This document shows, piece after piece, positions 57,520 through 64,000 of a stretch of 64,000 bases of DNA. This stretch comes from Holosporaceae bacterium (GTDB lineage Bacteria > Pseudomonadota > Alphaproteobacteria > UBA3830). Under the pieces are notes generated by a model that worked only from the letters and a program-made list of their open reading frames with translations, did not search any database and was not told the DNA's origin. Within the stretch, counting starts at the first letter, position 1. Every line of letters begins with the position of its first letter. The DNA is taken from positions 327 to 64,326 of the forward strand of contig JAITQS010000011.1 in assembly GCA_031288795.1 (NCBI GenBank), written 5' to 3'. A program made the position numbers and the translations under genes.

Positions 57520-57765
57520 TCATTCTAATAAAAGCAAGGCGTTATTTATTATTTTGTTGATTTTTCTGACCTCGGTTTTTATGTAGTAATCGCGATAAAT
57601 TCTATATATATGTTTGCGATTTCCATCAAGATACGCTTTTGCTGCCCCGTATTTTCCTAACTCAAAACAAGATTTCGCCATAAAATAAATAAATGTCGAA
57701 TAAAAATATCGATATTCATTCTTGTCGTAATAGACACAATTATATTTATGATATTTTTTTTTCAT
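57520..57765 (-). CDS. hypothetical small protein (doubtful)
   Basis: 81 aa, Y/K-rich, with one TPR-like stretch (AKSCFELGKYGAAKAYLD). It lies upstream of and co-directional with the MORN gene. Confidence 0.3.
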   Translation of the reverse strand: MKKKYHKYNCVYYDKNEYRYFYSTFIYFMAKSCFELGKYGAAKAYLDGNRKHIYRIYRDYYIKTEVRKINKIINNALLLLE

Positions 57766-57813
57766 ATTTTATTGCTTTTTTAGACAATAATATGTTACAA
57801 TACAAATATATAC

Positions 57814-58443
57814 ATGGGGAATAGGAATTTGCATCCGCGCTTATTTTACAAGCTTTTCTCTTTTTGCCTTGCCTTTTTAGGAATGCGGGAAAGTATTTCT
57901 GCTGTTCAAAACGATGTGGCACTGATGCCTGATTTATTCTATATCTATCAGGAGTCTGTGTCAAAATTTCCGGCACCCGCGATAGCCGAAGGAATTTCAT
58001 CGCAGGAATTACTCCGGTGGCTATATTTTAATTTGCATCGATTGGAGTTATACCTAAAAAGCAATTCCAACACTGAAAATATTAGTTTTCTACTCATCAT
58101 AGGCGAGGCAAAAGAGAAATTGCGAGTGGTAGCCCAATATCTCGATCCTGGAGTGGTAACCAACAAAGATAATTTTAAAGCATCGGCAGATTTGATTAAT
58201 TACATGAAAACTGCATTTGAATGCTATAGTCGTCTATGGAAAGAAATCGATAAATTCGGAAGAGATAATAAAAAATTCCGAGAAATTTTCCAAATATTTC
58301 CAATTTTTGGTCAGAGCATCATCGATTTTTGCTATAAACGCATAACAATCGACATGATCTACCACGCAAAAAGTAATATGACGGAACCGATTTTAATTGA
58401 GGATCTGCAAAAACTTTTGGACCAACTGAATTCCCAATCATAG
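57814..58443 (+). CDS. hypothetical protein
   Basis: 209-aa ORF divergent from the MORN/DUF4280 unit. No motif recognised. Confidence 0.45.
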   Translation: MGNRNLHPRLFYKLFSFCLAFLGMRESISAVQNDVALMPDLFYIYQESVSKFPAPAIAEGISSQELLRWLYFNLHRLELYLKSNSNTENISFLLIIGEAKEKLRVVAQYLDPGVVTNKDNFKASADLINYMKTAFECYSRLWKEIDKFGRDNKKFREIFQIFPIFGQSIIDFCYKRITIDMIYHAKSNMTEPILIEDLQKLLDQLNSQS

Positions 58444-58450
58444 GATGAAA

Positions 58451-58504
58451 GAGACCGTCATGTATTTAAATACATTAGAATGATTTAAATACACGAATAG
58501 TCTC
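58451..58504. repeat. mini palindromic element / bidirectional terminator candidate
   Basis: GAGACCGTC...AATAGTCTC termini enclose a perfect 16-bp palindrome, ATGTATTTAAATACAT (58460-58475). It lies between convergent genes. Confidence 0.4.
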
Positions 58505-58547
58505 CAACCATTTTCTAAAAAATCTTCCGGAAACTTGGGTAGATTTG

Positions 58548-58919
58548 TTATTTTAGTTCGACTTTTGCGCCGGCTTCTTCCAATTTTGTTTTAATTTTAT
58601 TGGCTTCATCTTTGGAGACTGCTTCCTTTACGGCTTTTGGAGCGGCTTCCACCAAAGCTTTTGCCTCCGTGAGGCCCAGACCGGTGAGTTCTCTTACCAC
58701 CTTAATAACGCCGATTTTTGAAGCGCCGGCGGCGGTAAGGATCACGTCAAATTCCGTTTTTTCTTCGACGACGGCGGCGACGGGAGCTGCGGCGGCGACT
58801 GCAACAGGAGCAGCTGCCGAGACACCCCAGGCTTCCTCGAGTTTTTTACTCAGTTCGGCGGCTTCCAAAACCGTTAATTTTGATAATTCTTCCACTAATT
58901 TTTCTAAATGTGCACTCAT
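58548..58919 (-). CDS. rplL: 50S ribosomal protein L7/L12
   Basis: 123 aa with an Ala-rich hinge. Motifs: [39 protein letters not shown]. Confidence 0.95.
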   Translation of the reverse strand: MSAHLEKLVEELSKLTVLEAAELSKKLEEAWGVSAAAPVAVAAAAPVAAVVEEKTEFDVILTAAGASKIGVIKVVRELTGLGLTEAKALVEAAPKAVKEAVSKDEANKIKTKLEEAGAKVELK

Positions 58920-58949
58920 TTTTTTTCCTCCAGTTTACTAACACATATT

Positions 58950-59471
58950 TTATTTTTCAGCATAGGCGCTTAGAACGCGAGCGATCTGGGCTGCCGGTGC
59001 CTGCAACAATGTAGCCATACGTTGTGCCGGTGTCTGAATAACGGCGATGATCATGGCCCGCAGTTCGTCCATGGACGGCAATTTGGCCAATGTGACTACT
59101 TCTGCAGCGGACAATGTTTTAGCACCATATCCACCGCACCTAATGACGATTTTACCATCGTTCTTGGAAGCGTACTCATGTATTACTTTCGCAGAACCGG
59201 TAATGTTCCTAGAAAACACCAGAGCAGTTTGTCCTTCCAGATGTGGAAGAATACCTTCGAACGATGTATTTTTTACTCCCAGTCGGGCCAGTGTATTTTT
59301 GCAAACAAGATAGCTGGACGAGACTGCTCTCAGCTGTTTTCTGAGATCTTCCGTATTGGAGACCGTCATTTTATTTTGATTAACCACGAAAACCGCTTCA
59401 CTTTCGTTGAAGCTTTTTTTTATTCTCGCGATTACGTCAGGTTTTTTATTTTTTTCCACAGTAATCTCCAC
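58950..59471 (-). CDS. rplJ: 50S ribosomal protein L10
   Basis: 173 aa, located between rplA and rplL, with a typical L10 pattern (MTVSNTEDLRKQLR...). Confidence 0.9.
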   Translation of the reverse strand: MEITVEKNKKPDVIARIKKSFNESEAVFVVNQNKMTVSNTEDLRKQLRAVSSSYLVCKNTLARLGVKNTSFEGILPHLEGQTALVFSRNITGSAKVIHEYASKNDGKIVIRCGGYGAKTLSAAEVVTLAKLPSMDELRAMIIAVIQTPAQRMATLLQAPAAQIARVLSAYAEK

Positions 59472-59604
59472 AAAAAAATAACAAATAGTTGGGAGGATAC
59501 CAAAGGGCAGAAAAACGAGAATTTAGAAAATCCGGTCAATCTGCAACGGCATATTTAAGCTTACGCACCGATGGTCTCCGATAGACTCCCGAGAAATTGC
59601 AGCG

Positions 59605-60303
59605 CTAGAATGTAAACACTTCGGCGATGTCCAATTTCAATCCGACTCCCATAGTACTGGAAAGTGTTACGGATTTCAAGTATGATCCTTTCACACTGGT
59701 AGGTTTTGCTTTTACCACAGTTCCCACGAAGGCTTTAATATTTTCTTCGATTTTATCTGGGGAAAAGCTTATTTTACAGAGTCCAGCATGGACGATGCCA
59801 TTTTTATCAAGGCGATATTCCACCTGACCGGCTTTTGAATTTCTAACAGCGGCGGCGACGTTAGGAGTGACAGTTCCCAATTTTGGATTAGGCATTAGTC
59901 CTTTTGGTCCCAGGATTTTTCCCAGACGTCCCACAAGGCCCATCATGTCCGGACTTGCTATGCAGACGTCAAATTCGATATCTCCGGAGGTGATTTTTTC
60001 CACCAGGTCTTCGGCACCGACGAAATCGGCTCCGGCGGCTCGGGCGTCATCGGCGACGGTACCACGAGCAAACACCGCGACCCGCGCCTGTTTACCGGTT
60101 CCGGCCGGCATGGAAACCATGCCACGAATATTTTGATCTGCATTTCTCGGATCGAGGTTTAAATTAATGGCAACTTCGACGGTTTCGTCAAATTTACAGG
60201 AGGAATTTTCCTTTAGGAACGAAACAGCCTCTGCCAAACCATAGACTCTAGAGGTTTGAACCTTTTCGGCGATTTTTCTATATCTTTTTCCAGAACTAGC
60301 CAT
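59605..60303 (-). CDS. rplA: 50S ribosomal protein L1
   Basis: Motifs: FDETVEVAINLNLDPRNADQNIRG, LGPKGLMPNPKLGTVT. Confidence 0.95.
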   Translation of the reverse strand: MASSGKRYRKIAEKVQTSRVYGLAEAVSFLKENSSCKFDETVEVAINLNLDPRNADQNIRGMVSMPAGTGKQARVAVFARGTVADDARAAGADFVGAEDLVEKITSGDIEFDVCIASPDMMGLVGRLGKILGPKGLMPNPKLGTVTPNVAAAVRNSKAGQVEYRLDKNGIVHAGLCKISFSPDKIEENIKAFVGTVVKAKPTSVKGSYLKSVTLSSTMGVGLKLDIAEVFTF

Positions 60304-60305
60304 AA

Positions 60306-60734
60306 TTAAACAACCTCCAATCCCATGGAACGCGCAGATCCCAGTACCATCATAGTAGCACCATCGATATCATTGGCGTTCAAATCTTTCATTTTTTTTT
60401 CGGCGATTTCCCGAGCCTGAGCCATTGTCACAGAAGCGATATTGGCACCTCTTCCCGGAGTAGCTGATCCTTTGGTTACCTTTGCCGCTTGCTTTAGGTA
60501 GTAGGAAACCGGCGGAAGCTTTATTATAAACGAAAACGTTCTATCGGCATAGGCGGTAATAATGACCGGCAAAGGGGTACCAACCTCATACGACTGCGTC
60601 TGCGCGTTAAATGCTTTACAAAATTCCATAATATTCAGTCCCCTCTGACCCAACGCTGGACCAATGGGAGGAGACGGATTTGCTTTTCCCGCAGATACCT
60701 GCAGCTTGACATATCCAACAATCTTTTTAGCCAT
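60306..60734 (-). CDS. rplK: 50S ribosomal protein L11
   Basis: Motifs: [34 protein letters not shown]. Confidence 0.95.
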   Translation of the reverse strand: MAKKIVGYVKLQVSAGKANPSPPIGPALGQRGLNIMEFCKAFNAQTQSYEVGTPLPVIITAYADRTFSFIIKLPPVSYYLKQAAKVTKGSATPGRGANIASVTMAQAREIAEKKMKDLNANDIDGATMMVLGSARSMGLEVV

Positions 60735-60875
60735 AAACCCTCAATATGCGAATTAGATTACCGTTTTTACCACAGATAATCCTATTCTGCAAGAGTCACC
60801 TGCCATAGCTAATGTTTTTTTTGGTGCTTTAGGAATGTAAGCAGGATTCTTTAATTCTTGCGCTAGAGAATTAAA

Positions 60876-61017
60876 GAGACTGTTGCCTCATGAGATTTTT
60901 CTTGCAAGAACGAGGAAAAACCTAGCGCAAGACCGCAGTATACTGCCTGTACATGAGGATCTGAGCAACGGATTTGACGAAGTCGATGGCGAGAAAAAGC
61001 CATTAGGCAACTGTCTC
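60876..61017 (+). repeat. palindromic MITE-like element, full-length copy H
   Basis: 142 bp. It lies in the divergent region between rplK and the radical SAM gene. Termini GAGACTGTTGCCTCATGAG...CCATTAGGCAACTGTCTC. Confidence 0.85.
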
Positions 61018-61093
61018 TTAAATGCACCTGGTAGCTAGATACCTTTTTAATTTCGCTGTGGCTTTGGCTAGCCCAATATATTATCATTCGCTT

Positions 61094-61978
61094 ATGTCCA
61101 TAAAAGAAATAAAGGCCAAGACCTCTCTTCATTATCACGACAACAAATTCGCAAGCAATTGGGATTTAAATGTTTATCGCGGTTGCGGCCATCACTGCAT
61201 CTACTGTTTTGCCCAATATTCACATAAATACCTGGAAACCGAACAATTTTTCGATGACATTTTCGTAAAAACAAACATAGCTGAAGCCCTTAACGCAGAT
61301 TTTTCCAAACGATCCTGGGATGGAAGTCCGGTAAATATTTGCGGTGTAACCGATGGATATCAGCCGCTGGAAGCGCAGTATCTGCTCATGCCGCAGATTA
61401 TCCGGACATTCATTCGTCACCGCAACCCCATGATAATAACGACAAAATCAACTCTTCTACTGCGGGATATAGATCTTTTGGAGGAACTGCACAAAGTCGC
61501 AAGTGTGTATGTGCAGGTGTCTGCTTCAGCCATTGACGAATCCATTCGAGCAAAAATCGAGCCTCATGCTCCTCCCACCAGCGACCGTCTGCATATGCTG
61601 GGCGAGCTTCATAAACGAGGCATCAGTGGCGGCGTGTTGATGATGCCCATAATCCCGCATCTGACCGATAATGACGAAAATCTAGACGCCATCTTCAGAC
61701 TGGCAAAAGAAAATAACGCCCAAACGCTGCACGCGCAGGTGCTGCATCTGCGGGGAAATACCAAAAAGGTCTTTTTCGACCATATGCAAAATTTATTTCC
61801 GGAATTCGTGGGAAAAATTAAATTTCTCTACAACGGCAGCTATGTAAACCAAGAGTACACCACCACGTTTTATCAGAAAATTAGTTTTTTGCGAAAAAAA
61901 TATAATCTCCACAACAAAATTCCTCCCCACGAGTGCCCGAAACAAAATGTTCAGCTCAGTTTAATTCCGGAAATGTAG
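61094..61978 (+). CDS. radical SAM protein (SPL/DNA-photolyase-like family)
   Basis: CxxxCxxC cluster: GCGHHCIYCF. The N-terminus MSIKEIKAKTSL fits the family-typical start. The track start at 61022 abuts repeat copy H. Confidence 0.75.
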   Translation: MSIKEIKAKTSLHYHDNKFASNWDLNVYRGCGHHCIYCFAQYSHKYLETEQFFDDIFVKTNIAEALNADFSKRSWDGSPVNICGVTDGYQPLEAQYLLMPQIIRTFIRHRNPMIITTKSTLLLRDIDLLEELHKVASVYVQVSASAIDESIRAKIEPHAPPTSDRLHMLGELHKRGISGGVLMMPIIPHLTDNDENLDAIFRLAKENNAQTLHAQVLHLRGNTKKVFFDHMQNLFPEFVGKIKFLYNGSYVNQEYTTTFYQKISFLRKKYNLHNKIPPHECPKQNVQLSLIPEM

Positions 61979-62067
61979 AGAAATCGCCTAGATCTTCGTT
62001 TTTACCGAGCTCCACTATTGACGTTTTTACCAGACAAGTATAAATATAAAGCTATCGCCAAAAAAGA

Positions 62068-62141
62068 GGCTGGGTGGCAGAGTGGTTATGCAGAGGACTG
62101 CAAATCCTTGTACGTCGGTTCGATTCCGGTCCTAGCCTCCA
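62068..62141 (+). tRNA. tRNA-Cys (anticodon GCA), CCA encoded
   Basis: Acceptor GGCTGGG/CCTAGCC, anticodon loop CTGCAAA, T loop TTCGATT. The discriminator is U, the known tRNA-Cys identity base. Confidence 0.85.
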
Positions 62142-62184
62142 GATTTTTCAGCTGTCCCCGAGAGTTCTTGCAAAAAAATCAATT

Positions 62185-62757
62185 TTACGCATTTCCATGA
62201 ATATCGAGAAATAAATTTGTTTGAAAACCTATCTTCAAGAGGGCCTTGCTCCACTTATCCGCCTTAGGATCGCCGAAAATCAGCGCTTCGTCGGCGTCTA
62301 TGGGGATCCAAGCGCTGGAGGCAACTTCATTTTCAAGCTGATACGGCTCCCAGAGGCAGCATCCAATGCATAGCAGTTTTTTTTGCGGACCCCCGGAAGA
62401 TGTCAAAGCTCGTACTATGTCCGAATTTATGGTAAGCGCTATGTTATTGCTTATCAAGGTGCTTTCACTCGACATGTAATCGTCGGAATGCAAAATAAAG
62501 CAGCGATTGACTTCTTCTATGCCTCCAAAAAATGTTTCTACATTTTCTATACCGTTGGAGTTGATGTTCAACCGCTCCAATATCTCGCGGATGCTCATGT
62601 TGGGGATTAATTTATTTACCACGACTCCCATCGCACCATTCTTATCATGGCTACATACGTACACCATGGATTTATTTATGTATTCATTTGAAATTGCTGG
62701 AGTTGATAACAATATCTTTCCAGCTAGATTGTGTATATCGCTATAACTATTGTTCAT
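62185..62757 (-). CDS. YqgE/AlgH-family protein (UPF0301)
   Basis: 190 aa. GKILLSTPAISNEYINKSMVYVCSHDKNGAMGVVVNK matches the family N-terminal pattern. Confidence 0.75.
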   Translation of the reverse strand: MNNSYSDIHNLAGKILLSTPAISNEYINKSMVYVCSHDKNGAMGVVVNKLIPNMSIREILERLNINSNGIENVETFFGGIEEVNRCFILHSDDYMSSESTLISNNIALTINSDIVRALTSSGGPQKKLLCIGCCLWEPYQLENEVASSAWIPIDADEALIFGDPKADKWSKALLKIGFQTNLFLDIHGNA

Positions 62758-62814
62758 TTATTTCACCTGCTCTATAATGAAATTATAAGTTGTTTTTGTT
62801 AATATTTTACTAAT

Positions 62815-64000
62815 ATGCGATTTCGATGGAAATTTTTCTTGATTTTTTTGTCAATGCTGCTGTTCCCTGCATTTTTACATGCTGGTCCGGGGATAAATTG
62901 CAACATAACGATAAATCATACTCTGATTGAAAAAAATACGATCTCGTGTCAGCTGCTGATGACGGTTCCGGAAGGATGGAAAATTCCGAAAATTCCGAAA
63001 ATCTCGGCGGCAAATGCCGAAGATGCCTCAGATTTTGTCCTGGACAACATCGGCAAACTGAAAAAAATCAGCAAAACCACCTATCAAATGAATTTTCAAA
63101 TAAAGATACCAATCACTGCCAATAAAAAAAGACAACTAAAATTACAAATAACATGCCCTCTATGCAATGATATCTGTACCATGGTCTCCCAAAATATCCT
63201 AATAGATTTCGACAGCTCGGAGGAATACGAAAATTTTTTGCTCACCCTATTCCTTGGTTTTCTCGGAGGATTAATACTGAACTTTATGCCCTGCGTACTT
63301 CCGGTGCTGCTGCTGAAGCTGCGCTCTTTCCTGCCGGATGATCGCAGAAATTTGGCTCTGGTGGGAGGAATTTGCGGAAATTGCGTGAGTTTTTTTGCAT
63401 TTGCAATATTTTTGACGCTGCTAAAAATGGTCGGAAACGTTGTCGGATGGGGCATGCATTTCCAAAATATCTGGTTTTTGAAGATCATTACCGTTGTGCT
63501 ATTTCTGCTAACACTATATGCTTTTGAAATCGTAACGTTTTTTCCATCGGTGTCGTGGGAAAATAAATCACGTCTGGTGTTTTGGAAAAATTTTATGGCC
63601 AGTGGGGTGACGGTCCTGATGGCGATTCCCTGTACAGCGCAGTTTCTCGGAACCGCAGCGGCATTTGCTCTCCAGGGAACAATCCCCGAGATGTTGGGGA
63701 TATTTTTCGCCATTGCAACCGGATTCTCGCTACCCTATATTATTTTTCTGGCGGTTCCTTTTGGGGAGATACCGAAAAAAATACTGAAATACTCCGATGT
63801 CGTAAAAACAGCCAGTAACTACGGCATTTTGCTGGCATTTGGCTGGATATTTTTTCTGCTTTGCAATCATTTATCTTTGCCCATGATCCTGCTGTGCCTA
63901 TTAATATTTTTGCTGAGCAGTCTATTTTTTAAGTACGAAAAACACGTTGCGGCGCTAATTTTGATAGCGATTCTGCCGGTAATTCCTCCGGAGCAGAATT
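62815..64000 (+). CDS. dsbD: DsbD-family thiol:disulfide interchange protein (3' end beyond the window)
   Basis: Hand-translated from the ATG at 62815. It is open to the window end and absent from the track because no stop is reached. It has a signal peptide and a periplasmic Cys pair (CPLCNDIC). TM motifs: GGLILNFMPCVLPVLLLK and IPCTAQFLG. Confidence 0.7.
   Translation, partial: MRFRWKFFLIFLSMLLFPAFLHAGPGINCNITINHTLIEKNTISCQLLMTVPEGWKIPKIPKISAANAEDASDFVLDNIGKLKKISKTTYQMNFQIKIPITANKKRQLKLQITCPLCNDICTMVSQNILIDFDSSEEYENFLLTLFLGFLGGLILNFMPCVLPVLLLKLRSFLPDDRRNLALVGGICGNCVSFFAFAIFLTLLKMVGNVVGWGMHFQNIWFLKIITVVLFLLTLYAFEIVTFFPSVSWENKSRLVFWKNFMASGVTVLMAIPCTAQFLGTAAAFALQGTIPEMLGIFFAIATGFSLPYIIFLAVPFGEIPKKILKYSDVVKTASNYGILLAFGWIFFLLCNHLSLPMILLCLLIFLLSSLFFKYEKHVAALILIAILPVIPPEQN

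Noticed and set aside
59472-59604. The rplA-rplJ intergenic region as the L10 leader autoregulatory element.
   Set aside because: The position is right by analogy with other bacteria, but I could not verify the conserved structure by eye, so it is not reported as a feature.
8373-61017. Possibility that the dispersed repeats form a CRISPR array.
   Set aside because: The copies are about 140 bp long and kilobases apart. They occur in both orientations and are separated by genes. There is no regular repeat-spacer periodicity.
63096-63713. 205-aa minus-strand ORF near the right edge.
   Set aside because: It is antisense to the DsbD-family gene, whose plus-strand frame is open from 62815 to the window end and carries the diagnostic motifs.

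Overview
This 64-kb window looks like a compact alphaproteobacterial genome. It is probably an intracellular symbiont or pathogen of the Holosporales/Rickettsiales type. That placement is an inference from ChpT, a DivL-like pseudokinase, alpha-type SerC, head genes in RcGTA order, EamA/DMT carriers, LRR and low-complexity secreted proteins, and a dense palindromic repeat family.

Housekeeping genes recognised from the translations: lnt, rpmH-rnpA-yidD, tRNA-Thr directly upstream of thrS, tkt-gap, serC, ruvX, prmA, infC, nadK, recA, typA, ampG, mutS, feoA-feoB-DtxR-like-MATE, recJ, comF, an MscS-family channel, rplK-rplA-rplJ-rplL, tRNA-Leu, tRNA-Cys, a YqgE/AlgH protein, and a DsbD-family gene that runs off the right edge.

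Main candidates for something new:
1. A region of about 12.5 kb (10.5-23.1 kb) is bracketed by two same-orientation copies of a repeat. It holds an intact HK97-type portal-protease-capsid-connector-adaptor-terminator module in RcGTA order, with no terminase, tail tube or tape measure. It also holds a tightly packed six-gene array: two large unrecognisable ORFs, a SleB-type hydrolase, a 2-TM holin-like protein, a 740-aa hyper-acidic tandem-repeat secreted protein and a Cys-rich membrane anchor.
2. A MITE-like palindromic element of about 140 bp (termini GAGACTGTTGCCTAATG...CATTAGGCAACAGTCTC) occurs at 15 or more loci in this window, mostly at gene ends. It generates spurious ORFs and false N-terminal extensions.
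3. An orphan PAAR-like DUF4280 gene is translationally coupled to a MORN-repeat (YwqK-like) gene.
4. A DivL-like PAS histidine-kinase homologue has Thr at the phospho-acceptor position and a degenerate ATP-binding domain. A ChpT phosphotransferase is also present in the window.

All family assignments come from reading motifs in the translations. No database search was run.
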